Shown here piece after piece: positions 8,098-19,545 of a stretch of 64,000 bases of DNA. Every line of letters starts with the position of its first letter. Position 1 is the stretch's first letter. The notes under the pieces are model-generated. The model was not told the origin of the DNA, did not search any database, and was given only the letters and a program-made list of their open reading frames with translations. Source of the DNA: an uncultured Candidatus Binatia bacterium (GTDB lineage: Bacteria; Desulfobacterota; Binatia; UBA9968; JAJDTQ01). Where the stretch lies: positions 3,968,001 to 4,032,000 of the forward strand of contig OZ251459.1 of assembly GCA_965242525.1 (NCBI GenBank), written 5' to 3'. The position numbers were made by a program, and so were the translations under genes.

Positions 8098-9270
8098 TCA
8101 ACCTCCCCCGTAAACCTTCTCGGCCGCGCCCACGGCGTCCGCGGTGGGGACCGGGGCGCCTTCGTCGTTCAGGATGCGCCCCAGGGCGTCCACGAGCCGG
8201 AGCACGTTCTCCCGCCGGCTCGATTCCCCCATGAGTCCGATGCGCCAGGTCTTTCCGGCCAGGGCGCCGAGTCCGCCGCCGATCTCGATGTCGAAGTCCA
8301 GCAGCAGCCGTTTGCGGATGGCGGCGTCGTCCAGTCCTTCGGGGATGCGCACGCTGTTGAGCATCCACAGGCGGTGGCCCTCCTGCGACGCCAGGGGGAT
8401 GCCCAGGACCTCCAGCCCCGCGGCCAGCGCCCGGTGGTTCCGCTGGTGGCGCTCGAACCGGGCTTCCAGGCCTTCCCGCCGGACCTCGCCCAGGGCCGCG
8501 TGGAGAGCGTAGTTCATGGAGATGGGCGCGGTGTGGTGGTAGGCCCGGTCCTCGCCCCAGTAACGTTCGATCATGGTCAGGTCCAGGTACCAGCTACGCA
8601 CCTTGCTCCGCCGCCGGGCCAGCTTTTCGCGCGCGGCCCGGTCGAACGACACCGGGGACAACCCCGGCGGGCAGCTCAGGCACTTCTGCGTGCCGCTGTA
8701 GCAGGCGTCCACGTTCCATGCGTCGATGGCCACCGGACATCCCCCCAGCGAGGTGACGGTGTCCAGCACCAGCAGCGCGCCGGCGTCGTGGGCGAGCCGG
8801 GAGATCTCCTCCACAGGCTGCCACACTCCGGTTGAGGTCTCCGCGTGCACCAGAGTCACGATATCGACCCGGTTTTCCTTCAGCGCCTGCTCCACCTGCT
8901 CCGGGCGGACGACCTCGCCCCAGGGGGCCTCCACCTTCACCAAGTTCCCGCCCAGGCGCTCCACGATGTCCGCCATGCGCGTGCCGAAGACGCCGTTGAC
9001 GCACACCAGCACCGTGTCCCCCTCCTCGACGAGGTTCACGAGGCATGCCTCCATGCCCGCGCTGCCGGTGCCCGACACCGGGAACGTCAGTTCGTTCTCC
9101 GTGTGGAACAGCCAGCGCAGCAGGCCCTTGGTCTCTTCCATGACCTTGAAGAACTCCGGGTCCAGGTGGCCCACCACCGGCGCCGACAGCGCCTCCAGGA
9201 CCTTGGGGTGCGGGTTGCTGGGGCCGGGTCCGAGCAGGATCCTCTCGGGTGGGTTCAGGGGTGAAGCCAT
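8098..9270 (-). CDS. Alanine-glyoxylate/serine-pyruvate aminotransferase (class V PLP)
   Basis: LLGPGPS, VHAETSTGV, DTVTSLGG, SGTQKCL (PLP lysine), YHHTAP. Confidence 0.95.
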   Translation of the reverse strand: MASPLNPPERILLGPGPSNPHPKVLEALSAPVVGHLDPEFFKVMEETKGLLRWLFHTENELTFPVSGTGSAGMEACLVNLVEEGDTVLVCVNGVFGTRMADIVERLGGNLVKVEAPWGEVVRPEQVEQALKENRVDIVTLVHAETSTGVWQPVEEISRLAHDAGALLVLDTVTSLGGCPVAIDAWNVDACYSGTQKCLSCPPGLSPVSFDRAAREKLARRRSKVRSWYLDLTMIERYWGEDRAYHHTAPISMNYALHAALGEVRREGLEARFERHQRNHRALAAGLEVLGIPLASQEGHRLWMLNSVRIPEGLDDAAIRKRLLLDFDIEIGGGLGALAGKTWRIGLMGESSRRENVLRLVDALGRILNDEGAPVPTADAVGAAEKVYGGG

Positions 9271-9329
9271 GCGGGTTGCTCCTGTGGTTCGCTTGTGAGC
9301 GGTTCGGGCGCGGTGTATCCTGACGGTTC

Positions 9330-9415
9330 AGATTCCCTCTACCTGTGGGAAAGCGCGTCCTTCGAAGCACGTCCTTCGACTTCGCTTCGCTACGCTCAGG
9401 ACGAACGGGGATAGA
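9330..9415. repeat. Degenerate MITE/REP family A copy
   Basis: GTCCTTCGACTTCGCTTCGCTACGCTCAGGACGAACGGGG plus CCTGTGGGAAAGCGCG shared with the short MITE form; TIRs eroded. Confidence 0.7.
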
Positions 9416-9484
9416 CGGTTGCCTCGCGTAGGCTATAGCAACAGCGGCCGGCGCCATCAACCGGTGCGCACGAACCCTCCCTCC

Positions 9485-11050
9485 ATGAGCCCCGCTTCCA
9501 TGAGCTCCATAAGCCTTCCCAAGCGGTTGGAGCAGGCCCTCGTCCGGGACGGCCTGTTGGCGCCGGGAGACGCGGTGCTCGTGGGCGTGTCCGGCGGCCC
9601 GGACTCGGTGGCGCTCCTGCAACTCCTGCGGGAGGTCGGCCCCTCCCTCCGCCTGAGCCTGGAGGTGGCCCACGTGGACCACGGCATCCGGGGGCGGCAG
9701 GGCCGGGACGACTGCGAGTTCGTCCGGGGCATGGCCGACCGGCTGTCGCTGCCCTTCCACTTGGCCCGGCTCGACCTCGGGGAGGACGGAGACTACCGCG
9801 GCCCGGGGAACCTCGAAGCCCGCGCGCGCGAGCGGCGTTACCGGTTCTTCGCGCAGGTGGCCTCGGAGCGGCGCATGGGCAAGGTCGCGGTGGGGCACAA
9901 CCGCGACGACCAGGTGGAGACCATGCTCATGTGGCTGCTCCGGGGCTGCGGGCCGGAAGGGTTGCAGGGCATGCCCGCGGCGCGGCCCCTGGCGCGGTCC
10001 CCGGAGGGCGCCGGCCCTGCGGTGTTGATCCGGCCGCTGCTGGACGTGTCCCGGGAGGATATCCTCGCGTTCCTGGAGAGCCGGGGCCTGGACCATCGGG
10101 AAGACCCCACCAACCGGGACCCGCGTTACCTGCGCAACTGGCTCCGGGGCACGGTCCTGCCCGAGCTCCGCAGCCGGAGCGACGGCGCGATGGAGCGCCG
10201 GCTCGCGCGGCTGGGCGGGATGCTGCGGTCCGACCACGCGCTCCTGGAACGGCAGGCGGCGGCCGCGTACCCGGGAGTGGCCCGGGGCGGCGCGCTGGAC
10301 CGTGCCGGCTTCCTGGCCCTGGACCCCGAGTTCCGCCCCCGCATGGCGCGGTTCTGGTTGCGCCGGGAGTTGGGGACGCTCCGGCGCATCGGCTTCGCCC
10401 ACGTGGACGCGGTCACGAAGCTCGTCTCCGGCGACCGTCCCCACGGCCGGGTCTCCCTGCCCGGCGGCTGGACCGCGGTTCGGCAGTACGACACCGTCCG
10501 GCTGACTCGGCAGGCGGAGGACTCCCGACGGGCGGCCCCTCATGCGGAAGACTCCCATGCGGAAGACTCCCATGCGGAAGACCCCCGTGCGGAAGACCCC
10601 CGTGCAGCGGACTCCCGCGAGGCGGACTCCCGCCCGGCGGACTATTCCTATCCGCTCCCGTTGGAGGGGGAGGTCTCGGTTCCCGAGGCCGGCGTCCGGG
10701 TCACCGCGTGGCGCTCCCGCAGGCGGGAGCTGCCCGAGGACCCCTTCGAGGCGGTCTTCGACCTGTCCGGCCTGGGGCGCCCGGAGGGGCGGCTGCATCT
10801 GCGGAACCCCCGCCCCGGCGACCGCTTCCGGCCCCTGGGCATGGCCGGGCGCAAGAAGCTGAAAGACCTGTTCATCGACCGGAAGGCCCCCCGGAGCCGG
10901 CGCAGGACCGCGCCGTTGCTGGTGGTGGGGGACGAGATCGCGTGGATCCCCGGCTACGCGCGCAGCGGCCTGGCCCGGGTGGGGCCGGAGACCCGGGAGG
11001 TCTGGCGGGTCCGGGTCTCGCGCCGCCCCGACGCGGGGGACCCCGATTGA
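9485..11050 (+). CDS. tilS: tRNA(Ile)-lysidine synthetase
   Basis: SGGPDS PP-loop, HVDHGIR, GHNRDDQVET, RPLL, RN.LR, C-terminal KKLKDLFID; start uncertain (9485 or 9500). Confidence 0.95.
   Translation: MSPASMSSISLPKRLEQALVRDGLLAPGDAVLVGVSGGPDSVALLQLLREVGPSLRLSLEVAHVDHGIRGRQGRDDCEFVRGMADRLSLPFHLARLDLGEDGDYRGPGNLEARARERRYRFFAQVASERRMGKVAVGHNRDDQVETMLMWLLRGCGPEGLQGMPAARPLARSPEGAGPAVLIRPLLDVSREDILAFLESRGLDHREDPTNRDPRYLRNWLRGTVLPELRSRSDGAMERRLARLGGMLRSDHALLERQAAAAYPGVARGGALDRAGFLALDPEFRPRMARFWLRRELGTLRRIGFAHVDAVTKLVSGDRPHGRVSLPGGWTAVRQYDTVRLTRQAEDSRRAAPHAEDSHAEDSHAEDPRAEDPRAADSREADSRPADYSYPLPLEGEVSVPEAGVRVTAWRSRRRELPEDPFEAVFDLSGLGRPEGRLHLRNPRPGDRFRPLGMAGRKKLKDLFIDRKAPRSRRRTAPLLVVGDEIAWIPGYARSGLARVGPETREVWRVRVSRRPDAGDPD
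10511..10645 (+). repeat. In-frame 15-bp tandem repeat (about 9 units) inside tilS
   Basis: CATGCGGAAGACTCC-type units encoding HAEDS/HAEDP/RAEDP/RAADS. Confidence 0.9.
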
Positions 11051-11055
11051 CTTGG

Positions 11056-11195
11056 GGAACCTCTGAACAATCGAGACATCCGGGATGGATTCCCGATTCC
11101 TTCACCTGACGCCCCTATCCCCGTTCGTCCTGAGCGTAGCGAAGCGAAGTCGAAGGACGCGCTCATGCCCCCTGTCTGGATTGTTCAGAGGTTCC
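11056..11195. mobile_element. MITE, long form (140 bp), opposite orientation to the 6371 copy
   Basis: Same TIRs; TTGG duplicated on both sides; near-identical to reverse complement of 6371-6511. Confidence 0.9.
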
Positions 11196-11358
11196 TTGGG
11201 CCGTTCGGAGAACCGGTTCATCGCCGACCGCCTGGCCGAAGGGGGACCCCGGTTGACTTGGGCCGTTCCCGTCCTTATTGAAACAACTCTACCCGTATGT
11301 TAAGCGTTCCGGTGTGTTGCCTTTTTCCCGCGCATAGCGGAGGTTGGAGAAACCCGGC

Positions 11359-13197
11359 TTGAACCAGGCTACCAAGAACCTTGCCCTGTGGCTCGTGCTC
11401 GGACTGATGTTCCTGCTGCTGTTCAACGTCTTTACCCGGCAGCAGGGCCGCGAGCCCGAGATCATATTCAGCGACTTCTGGTCCGCGGTGCAACGCGGCG
11501 ACATCCAGGAGGTCACCATCCAGGGCCAGCACGTCCACGGCAAGTACCAGAGCGGCGAGCGGTTCCGCACCTTCTCGCCCAACGACCCGGAACTGGTGAA
11601 GACGCTGCGGGAGAAGGACATCCGCATCGCCGCCAAGCCCGAGGACGATTCCCCGTGGTACTTCGTGCTGCTGGTGAACTGGTTCCCCATGCTGCTGCTG
11701 GTGGGCGTGTGGATCTTCTTCATGCGGCAGATGCAGGTGGGGGGCGGCAAGGCCATGTCCTTCGGCAAGAGCCGGGCGCGCCTGCTGAACGAGAACCAGG
11801 CCCGGGTCACGTTCAGCGACGTGGCCGGGGTGGACGAAGCCAAGGACGAGCTGCAGGAAGTCATCGCGTTCCTCAAGGACCCCAAGAAGTTCACCCGGCT
11901 GGGGAGCCGCATCCCCAAGGGCTGCCTCCTGGTGGGACCCCCGGGCACCGGCAAGACCCTGCTGGCCCGGGCCATCGCGGGGGAGGCCGGAGTCCCCTTC
12001 TTCAGCATCAGCGGCTCGGACTTCGTGGAGATGTTCGTGGGCGTGGGCGCCTCGCGGGTCCGCGACCTGTTCGTCCAGGCCAAGAAGCAGGCCCCGTGCA
12101 TCGTCTTCGTGGACGAGATCGACGCGGTGGGGCGCCAGCGCGGGGCCGGCCTCGGGGGCGGACACGACGAGCGGGAGCAGACCCTCAACCAGTTGCTGGT
12201 GGAGATGGACGGCTTCGAGGCCAACGACGGCGTGATCCTCATCGCCGCCACCAACCGGCCGGACGTGCTGGACCCGGCGCTGCTGCGGCCGGGCCGATTC
12301 GACCGCAGGGTGGTGGTGCCCCGGCCCGACGTCAAGGGACGCGAAGGCATACTGGCGGTGCACAGCCGGCGGGTGCCCCTGGACAACGACGTGGACATCC
12401 GGGTGCTCGCCCGGGGGACTCCGGGGTTCGCCGGCGCGGACCTGGAGAACCTGGTCAACGAGGCGGCGCTCCTTGCGGCCCGGCACGACAAGGACAAGGT
12501 CAACATGAACGACTTCGAGTTGGCCAAGGACAAGGTCATGATGGGCTCCGAGCGCAAGAGCATGATCATCAGCGACGAGGAGAAGCGCATCACCGCCTAC
12601 CACGAGTCGGGCCACGCGCTGGTGGCCAAGTTCCTGCCGGGGGCCGACCCGGTCCACAAGGTGACCATCATCCCCCGGGGCATGGCCCTGGGCCTGACCC
12701 AGCAGCTTCCCGTGGACGAAAGGCACAGCCAGCACAAGCAGTACCTGCTCAACAACGTCACCATCCTCTTCGGCGGGCGGGTGGCGGAGGAGCTCGTGCT
12801 GGACCACATGACCACGGGCGCGGGCAACGACATCGAACGAGCCACCGAGATCGCCCGCAGGATGGTGTGCGAGTGGGGCATGAGCGAGAAGCTGGGACCC
12901 ATGACCTTCGGCAAGAAGGAGGAGCAGATCTTCCTCGGGCGCGACTTCACCCAGCAGCAGGACTTTTCGGAAAGCACCGCGGTGGAGATCGACATGGAGA
13001 TCCGGCGCATCATCCAGGAGTGCTACAGCCGGGCCAGGGAGATCCTCACCACGAACATGGACGTCCTGCACCGGATGGCCAGGGAACTGCTCGAGAAGGA
13101 AGTGCTGGACGGCGCGGAGATCGACGTCCTCGTCAAGGAATGCTCGAGGGACAGCGGTCCCGACCTGCCCACGACGCCCGTTCCCGCCTCTTTGTGA
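11359..13197 (+). CDS. ftsH: ATP-dependent zinc metalloprotease FtsH
   Basis: Two TM helices, [18 protein letters not shown] region, HESGH. Confidence 0.98.
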   Translation: MNQATKNLALWLVLGLMFLLLFNVFTRQQGREPEIIFSDFWSAVQRGDIQEVTIQGQHVHGKYQSGERFRTFSPNDPELVKTLREKDIRIAAKPEDDSPWYFVLLVNWFPMLLLVGVWIFFMRQMQVGGGKAMSFGKSRARLLNENQARVTFSDVAGVDEAKDELQEVIAFLKDPKKFTRLGSRIPKGCLLVGPPGTGKTLLARAIAGEAGVPFFSISGSDFVEMFVGVGASRVRDLFVQAKKQAPCIVFVDEIDAVGRQRGAGLGGGHDEREQTLNQLLVEMDGFEANDGVILIAATNRPDVLDPALLRPGRFDRRVVVPRPDVKGREGILAVHSRRVPLDNDVDIRVLARGTPGFAGADLENLVNEAALLAARHDKDKVNMNDFELAKDKVMMGSERKSMIISDEEKRITAYHESGHALVAKFLPGADPVHKVTIIPRGMALGLTQQLPVDERHSQHKQYLLNNVTILFGGRVAEELVLDHMTTGAGNDIERATEIARRMVCEWGMSEKLGPMTFGKKEEQIFLGRDFTQQQDFSESTAVEIDMEIRRIIQECYSRAREILTTNMDVLHRMARELLEKEVLDGAEIDVLVKECSRDSGPDLPTTPVPASL

Positions 13198-14126
13198 AGC
13201 CGTTCCCGCCGGAGCCGATCCTCGTCACGCGCCACGGGCGGGTGGACATGCGCCGCCGCACCGCGGTGATGGGGATCCTCAACGTCACCCCGGACTCCTT
13301 TTCCGACGGCGGACGTTACCCGGATACCGAGTCCGCGGTGGCCAGGGGCGTCGAGATGGTGCGCCAGGGCGCCAGCGTCGTGGACGTGGGCGGGGAATCC
13401 ACGCGCCCGGGCGCGGACGCGGTCTCGGCCGACGAAGAGCTGGAGCGGGTGCTCCCGGTGATACGGGGGCTGCGGCGCCGGGTCTCGGCGCCCATCAGCA
13501 TCGACACCTACAAGGAGCGGGTGGCGCGGAAGGCGCTGGAGGAAGGCGCGGACATGGTGAACGACGTGAGCGCCTTGCGGTTCGACCCGGCCATGGTCCG
13601 CCTGCTCGCGCAGGAGGAGGTCCCGGTGGTGCTCATGCACATGCAGGGCCGGCCCCGGACCATGCAGCTTGCGCCGCGCTACGGCGACGTGGTGCGCGAG
13701 GTGGCCGGCTTCCTCGGGGAGCGCGTGGCCTTTGCCGTGCGGAACGGCGTCGCCGCCCGCCGGGTCCTGGTGGACCCGGGCATCGGGTTCGGCAAGGACC
13801 CGGAGCACAACCTGACGCTGCTGCGGCGCCTGCCCGCGCTGGCGGCGCTGGGCCGGCCGGTGCTCGTGGGCCTGTCCCGCAAGTCCTTCCTCGGCCGCCT
13901 GGCCGGACCGGGCGCACAGGCGGACCTCCCGTCCGACGAGGGGCCGGACGCCCGCTTGGCGGGCAGCCTTGCCGGGGCCGCGGCCGCGGCGCTGGCCGGG
14001 GCCCACATGGTCCGGGTCCACGACGTGCGGGAGACCTGCCGGGCCCTGGGCGTGGCGGACGCCATCCGGGGGGCGCGCGCGCCGGACGCTCCGGGGCCTG
14101 CGGCGCCCGGGGAAGGGACGCCATGA
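13194..14126 (+). CDS. folP: Dihydropteroate synthase
   Basis: [43 protein letters not shown]. Confidence 0.97.
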   Translation: MKPFPPEPILVTRHGRVDMRRRTAVMGILNVTPDSFSDGGRYPDTESAVARGVEMVRQGASVVDVGGESTRPGADAVSADEELERVLPVIRGLRRRVSAPISIDTYKERVARKALEEGADMVNDVSALRFDPAMVRLLAQEEVPVVLMHMQGRPRTMQLAPRYGDVVREVAGFLGERVAFAVRNGVAARRVLVDPGIGFGKDPEHNLTLLRRLPALAALGRPVLVGLSRKSFLGRLAGPGAQADLPSDEGPDARLAGSLAGAAAAALAGAHMVRVHDVRETCRALGVADAIRGARAPDAPGPAAPGEGTP

Positions 14127-15541
14127 CCCAGGACGCGCCGCGCCCCGCTGCGGACGAGTCCCGGCTGTTCGGCACCGACGGGATCCGCGGCATCGCCAAC
14201 CAGGAGCCCATGACCCCGGAGACGTCGCTGCGGCTGGGCCGGGCCATCGTCCAGGTGGTCAACGAGAGCGCCCGAGGACGTCCCCACGGCGCCCTCGGGC
14301 GCAAGCGCAAGCATCGCTGCCGCATACTCATCGGCAAGGACACGCGCCTTTCCGGCTACATGTTCGAGACCGCGCTGGCGTCGGGGATCTGTTCCATGGG
14401 CGCGGACGTGCTGCTGGTGGGGCCGCTGCCCACCCCGGGGGTGGCCTTCCTCACCCGGAGCATGCGCGCGGACGCCGGGGCGGTGATCTCGGCGTCGCAC
14501 AACGGCTACCAGGACAACGGCATCAAGTTCTTTTCCGGCGACGGCTTCAAGATCCCCGACGAGTGGGAGCGGCGCATGGAAGCCCTGGTGTGGAACGGGG
14601 ACCACGACGCGCACCGACCGGTGGCCACGGAGGTGGGCAAGGCCTACCGCGTCGCCGACGTCATGGGAAGGACCCTCGACTTCCTGAAGAGCGCCTTCCC
14701 CGGCCACCTGACCCTGGAGGGCCTCAAGGTCGTCGTGGACTGCGCCAACGGCGCGGCCTACCGGGTGGCGCCGGAGGTGCTGCGGGAGCTCGGCGCCGAG
14801 GTGGTCCCGGTGGGCGCCGACCCCGACGGGATGAACATCAACCGGGACTGCGGCTCCCTGCACCCGGACAAGGCCCGGGCGGCCTTGCGGGAGCACGGCG
14901 CGAACTTGGCGGTGTGCCTGGACGGCGACGCCGACCGGGCGCTCTTCATCGACGAGCGGGGCGAGTTGCTGGACGGCGACGAGGTGCTGGCCATGTGCGC
15001 CATCGAGAGGAAACGCGCTGGCCGGCTGCCCTCGGACACGGTGGTGGCCACGGTGATGAGCAACATGGGGCTCGACGCGGCCCTGCGGGAGCACGGCATC
15101 CACGTGCTGCGCACGGGCATCGGCGACCGCGAAGTGATGGAGGCCATGCGCCGGGGCGGCCACAACCTCGGGGGCGAGCAGTCGGGGCACCTGGTGTTCC
15201 TGGACCACAACACCACGGGCGACGGCTGTCTCACCGCGCTGCAGGTGCTCGCGCTCATGACCGGGCAGGACAAGCCCCTGGGGGACCTCCGCAAGGTCAT
15301 GCGCAAGCTGCCCCAGGTCATCGTGAACGTCCCGGTGCGCGAGAAGCGGCCCCTGTCCGAGTTGCCCGGGGTGCAGCGGCGCATCGCCGAGAGCGAGCGG
15401 GTCCTGGGCGGCCGGGGCCGGGTGCTGATGCGCTACTCCGGCACCGAGCCGGTGGCCCGGGTCATGGTGGAGGGAGAGTCCGAGGAGGAGATCGGACGGC
15501 TCGCCCGGGGGATCGCCGACGCCGTGGGGGGCGGGGAGTGA
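14123..15541 (+). CDS. glmM: Phosphoglucosamine mutase
   Basis: [34 protein letters not shown]. Confidence 0.97.
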   Translation: MTQDAPRPAADESRLFGTDGIRGIANQEPMTPETSLRLGRAIVQVVNESARGRPHGALGRKRKHRCRILIGKDTRLSGYMFETALASGICSMGADVLLVGPLPTPGVAFLTRSMRADAGAVISASHNGYQDNGIKFFSGDGFKIPDEWERRMEALVWNGDHDAHRPVATEVGKAYRVADVMGRTLDFLKSAFPGHLTLEGLKVVVDCANGAAYRVAPEVLRELGAEVVPVGADPDGMNINRDCGSLHPDKARAALREHGANLAVCLDGDADRALFIDERGELLDGDEVLAMCAIERKRAGRLPSDTVVATVMSNMGLDAALREHGIHVLRTGIGDREVMEAMRRGGHNLGGEQSGHLVFLDHNTTGDGCLTALQVLALMTGQDKPLGDLRKVMRKLPQVIVNVPVREKRPLSELPGVQRRIAESERVLGGRGRVLMRYSGTEPVARVMVEGESEEEIGRLARGIADAVGGGE

Positions 15542-16269
15542 TCCGCCTGGGGGTCAACGTGGACCACGTGGCCACCGTGCGCCAGGCCCGGAGGGCCGCG
15601 GTTCCGGACCCGGTGGATGCGGCGCTGTTGGCCGAGGGCGCGGGCGCCGACGTCATCACGGTCCACCTGCGCGAGGACCGCCGGCACATCCAGGAGCGGG
15701 ACGTGGCCCTGTTGCGGCAACGGCTCACGGCGAAGCTCAACCTGGAGATGGCCGGGACCCCGGAAATGGTCCGGCACGCCCTGGCCCTCCGACCGGACCA
15801 CGTGTGCCTGGTGCCCGAGCGGCGCGAGGAGCTGACCACCGAGGGGGGCCTCGACGTGGCGGCCCACAGGGAGCAGCTCGGGGAGGCGGCGTCCCGTCTC
15901 CGGGCCGCGGGCATCCTCGTGAGCCTGTTCGTGGACCCGGATGCGGAGCAACTGGAAGCCGGCCGGGAGTTGGGAGTGGAGGCTGTGGAGCTCCACACCG
16001 GCGCCTACTGCAACGCCGACGGCCCCCGGGCGAACGAAGAGCTCGACGCCCTGTGGCGGGCCGCGGCCTTCGCCGCGGGCCTGGGCCTGGAGGTCCACGG
16101 CGGCCACGGCCTGGACATCGGCAACGTGGCGCCGGTGGCGGCCATCCCGGAGATGGTCGAGCTCAACGTCGGGCACAGCATCGTGGCCCGGGCGGTCATG
16201 GTGGGGATGGCCCGGGCGGTGGAGGAAATGAAGACCGTCGTAGTCGGGGCGAGAGCCCCGGGGCGGTGA
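15538..16269 (+). CDS. pdxJ: Pyridoxine 5'-phosphate synthase
   Basis: [40 protein letters not shown]. Confidence 0.97.
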   Translation: MIRLGVNVDHVATVRQARRAAVPDPVDAALLAEGAGADVITVHLREDRRHIQERDVALLRQRLTAKLNLEMAGTPEMVRHALALRPDHVCLVPERREELTTEGGLDVAAHREQLGEAASRLRAAGILVSLFVDPDAEQLEAGRELGVEAVELHTGAYCNADGPRANEELDALWRAAAFAAGLGLEVHGGHGLDIGNVAPVAAIPEMVELNVGHSIVARAVMVGMARAVEEMKTVVVGARAPGR

Positions 16270-16272
16270 CCC

Positions 16273-17823
16273 ATGCGCGTGGTGACCGCAGCCGAGATGC
16301 GCCGCCTGGACCATCTCGCCATCCACGCCCACGGCGTCCCCGGCCTGGAGCTGATGGAGCGGGCGGGGGAGCGCGTGGCCGAGGCCATCGCCGACCGCTG
16401 GGCCCGTCCGGCCCGGCGCGGAGTGCTGGTGGCGGCCGGCAAGGGCAACAACGGCGGGGACGGGTTGGTGGCCGCCCGGCTGCTGAGGGAGCGGGAGTTC
16501 CCGTGCGAGGTGGCGTGCACGGCGCGGGCGGAAGATCTGTCGCCGGACGCCGCCGCCAACCTGGAGCGCTACCGCGCCGCGGGCGGACGGTTCACGGAAG
16601 TCCCCGCGGGCGACCTCGACCCCCTGCGCCAAGGCGTCCGGGGCAAGGGGCTGCTGGTGGACGCGCTCCTGGGCACGGGGCTGCGGAGTCCGGTGGAAGG
16701 GTTCCTCGCCGAGGTGGTGGAGTTCCTCAACGCCTCGGGCCTTCCCATCGTCGCGGTGGATACGCCGTCGGGGCTGGATTCCGACACGGGGGCGCCGCTG
16801 GGCGCCGCGGTCCGGGCCGAGGCCACGGTGACCTTCGGGTTCCCCAAGGCCGGGCAGGTGGTCTATCCCGGCGCGGCCTACACCGGCGAGCTGGTGGTGG
16901 CCGACATCGGCATCCCCGAGGAGGCCGCGGCCGAGGTCGCGCCCGCGGCGGAGCTGCTGGAGCCTTCGTCGGTCCGGCGGCTGTTGCCGCGCAGGGCGGA
17001 CGACTCGCACAAGGGCAGCTACGGCCACCTGCTGGTGATGGCGGGGTCGAGGGGCAAGACCGGGGCCGCGGTCCTGGCCTGCCGCGCCGCCATGAGGGTG
17101 GGCGCGGGACTGGTGACGCTGGCGGCCCCCCGGGGCCTCCACGAGGTGCTGGCGGGCGCGCTGGTGGAGTCCATGACCGAGACCCTGGGGCCTCCCGGCG
17201 CGGACGAATGGCCGCGGCTGGACGAGGCCGACTGGGAGCGCTTGACGGAACGCAAGACCGCGGTGCTGTTCGGCCCCGGCGTGGGCGTGCACGCCCCGGC
17301 CCAGGCCGTGCTGGAATGGCTGTTGGAGCGTTGCGGCATGCCGTGGCTGGTGGACGCGGACGGGCTCAACAACCTGGCCGCGGACCCGGGCCGGCTCCGG
17401 CGCGCGCGGACCGCGCCGGTGCTGACGCCGCACCCGGGGGAGATGGGCCGCCTTGCCGGCAGGGAGACGGCCGCGGTCAACCGCGACCGCATCGGCGCCG
17501 CCCGGGCCTTTGCCGAGGCGCACCGGTGCCACCTGGTCCTCAAGGGCGCGCGGACCGTGACGGCCACCCCGGAAGGGCGGGTCTCGGTCAACCCCACCGG
17601 CAATCCCGGCATGGCCACCGGGGGCATGGGAGACGTGCTCGCCGGCGTGGTGGCCGGGTTCCTGGCTCAGGGACTGCCGCCCGGGGACGCGGCGCGCCTG
17701 GGCGTGTTCCTGCACGGCTTGGCCGGGGACCGGGCCGCGGACCGCCTGGGCCGCGTGGGACTCATCGCCTCGGACGTGGTGGACGAGCTGCCCCGGGCCC
17801 TCGGGGAGGTCATGGGGAATTGA
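16273..17823 (+). CDS. nnr: Bifunctional NAD(P)HX epimerase/dehydratase
   Basis: GKGNNGGDG, DALLGTG, HKGSYG, DADGLN, TPHPGE, GGMGDVLAG. Confidence 0.95.
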   Translation: MRVVTAAEMRRLDHLAIHAHGVPGLELMERAGERVAEAIADRWARPARRGVLVAAGKGNNGGDGLVAARLLREREFPCEVACTARAEDLSPDAAANLERYRAAGGRFTEVPAGDLDPLRQGVRGKGLLVDALLGTGLRSPVEGFLAEVVEFLNASGLPIVAVDTPSGLDSDTGAPLGAAVRAEATVTFGFPKAGQVVYPGAAYTGELVVADIGIPEEAAAEVAPAAELLEPSSVRRLLPRRADDSHKGSYGHLLVMAGSRGKTGAAVLACRAAMRVGAGLVTLAAPRGLHEVLAGALVESMTETLGPPGADEWPRLDEADWERLTERKTAVLFGPGVGVHAPAQAVLEWLLERCGMPWLVDADGLNNLAADPGRLRRARTAPVLTPHPGEMGRLAGRETAAVNRDRIGAARAFAEAHRCHLVLKGARTVTATPEGRVSVNPTGNPGMATGGMGDVLAGVVAGFLAQGLPPGDAARLGVFLHGLAGDRAADRLGRVGLIASDVVDELPRALGEVMGN

Positions 17824-18317
17824 GCGCCGTCGAATACGATACCGTCACCGGCTCCCCCGGGCACACCCGCGCCCTGGGGCGCAGGCTGGGCCGCCTGCTG
17901 GGCGGCGGGGAGATCCTGGGCCTGTCCGGGGACCTCGGCAGCGGCAAGACCTGCTTCGTGCACGGGTTGGCCGAGGGGCTGGAGGTGGGCGGGGACAGTT
18001 GGGTGCGGAGCCCCACCTTCACACTCGTCAACGAGTACGAGGGCCGGCTGCCCCTGGTCCACGTGGACCTGTTCCGGGTGGCCCCGGGACCCGAGATGGA
18101 GGACCTGCACCTGGAGGAATACTTCTCGTCCGGGAGCGTGTGCGTGGTGGAGTGGTTCGAGCGCCTGGACGCGGTCCGGGTGGAAGAGTTCCTGGGCGTG
18201 GACTTCCGCTACGTGGACGAGGAGCGGCGGGCGCTGCGCTTCATGGCCCGGGGGCGGCGTTACGAGGAGATCGTCGCCGGACTGCGCGGAGGCGGCGAGC
18301 CGGGCGGGGAGGCGTGA
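17820..18317 (+). CDS. tsaE: tRNA threonylcarbamoyladenosine biosynthesis ATPase
   Basis: GDLGSGKT, SPTFTLVNEY, HVDLFR, VVEW. Confidence 0.95.
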   Translation: MSAVEYDTVTGSPGHTRALGRRLGRLLGGGEILGLSGDLGSGKTCFVHGLAEGLEVGGDSWVRSPTFTLVNEYEGRLPLVHVDLFRVAPGPEMEDLHLEEYFSSGSVCVVEWFERLDAVRVEEFLGVDFRYVDEERRALRFMARGRRYEEIVAGLRGGGEPGGEA

Positions 18318-18326
18318 GGTCGAGGC

Positions 18327-19541
18327 ATGGCGCTGATCGTGCAGAAATACGGCGGCACGTCCGTGGGGATGGTGGAGCGCATCCGCAACGTGGCCCGGCG
18401 CGTGGCCGCGGCCCGCGCCCGGGGGAACGACGTGGTGGTGGTGGTGTCGGCCATGTCCGGCGAGACCAACCGGCTGCTGAACCTGGCCAACCAGGTGTCG
18501 TCCCGCGTGGACGAGAGGGAGATCGACGTGCTGCTGGCCTCGGGGGAGCAGGTCTCCTGCGCCTTGCTGGCCCTTGCCCTGAAGGATCTGGGGCAACCCG
18601 CGCGCTCCTTCCTCGGCCACCAGGTCCGCATCGCCACGGACAGCGTGTTCGGCAGGGCGCGGATCAAGAGCATCGACTCCACCCGGGTGCGGGAATCGCT
18701 GGAACGGGACGAGGTGGTGGTGGTGGCGGGCTTCCAGGGAGTCGATGAAGGCGACAACATCACCACCCTGGGGCGCGGCGGGTCGGACACCAGCGCGGTG
18801 GCCATGGCCGCGGCCCTGGACGCCCGGGTGTGCGAGATCTACACGGACGTGGACGGCATCTACACGGCCGACCCCTTCGTCTGTCCCAGGGCGCGGAAGC
18901 TGGACCGGGTCGCCTACGACGAAATGCTGGAGATGGCCAGCCTGGGGGCCCGGGTGCTGCAAATCCGGTCGGTGGAGCTGGCCAAGAAGTTCGGCGTCAG
19001 GGTGCACCTGCGGTCCAGCTTCAGCGACGCCGAGGGCACGTGGCTGGTCGAAGAGGAGCAACTGATGGATTCGGTTCTGGTGTCCGCGGTGACCTGCGAC
19101 AAGGACGAAGCCAAGATCACCATCCGCGGCGTGCCCGACCGGGCCGGGCTGGCGGCGCAGATCTTCGGCCCCATCGCCGAGGCCAACATCGTGGTGGACA
19201 TGATCATCCAGAACTCCGGCGCGGACGGCACCACCGACGTCACCTTCACGGTGCCCAAGGGGGACCACCGGAAGGCCATGGAACTGATTGAAAAAACCGC
19301 GCCCTTGATTCAAGCTGGAGGGGTCTCCTCCGACACCCGCATCGCCAAGGTGTCGGTGGTGGGCGTGGGCGTGAGGACGCACGCGGGCGTGGCGGCGAAG
19401 ATGTTCCGGGCCTTGGCGGAGCAGTCCATCAACATCGAGATGATCTCCACGTCGGAGATCAAGGTGTCGGTGGTGGTGGCCGAGAAGGACAGCCAGAGGG
19501 CGGTGGATTCGCTGCACGCGAGCTTGATCGAAAGCAGGTGA
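18327..19541 (+). CDS. lysC: Aspartate kinase
   Basis: VQKYGGTSV, TLGRGGSDTSA, two ACT domains, ISTSEIKVS. Confidence 0.97.
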   Translation: MALIVQKYGGTSVGMVERIRNVARRVAAARARGNDVVVVVSAMSGETNRLLNLANQVSSRVDEREIDVLLASGEQVSCALLALALKDLGQPARSFLGHQVRIATDSVFGRARIKSIDSTRVRESLERDEVVVVAGFQGVDEGDNITTLGRGGSDTSAVAMAAALDARVCEIYTDVDGIYTADPFVCPRARKLDRVAYDEMLEMASLGARVLQIRSVELAKKFGVRVHLRSSFSDAEGTWLVEEEQLMDSVLVSAVTCDKDEAKITIRGVPDRAGLAAQIFGPIAEANIVVDMIIQNSGADGTTDVTFTVPKGDHRKAMELIEKTAPLIQAGGVSSDTRIAKVSVVGVGVRTHAGVAAKMFRALAEQSINIEMISTSEIKVSVVVAEKDSQRAVDSLHASLIESR

Positions 19542-19545
19542 GGGC

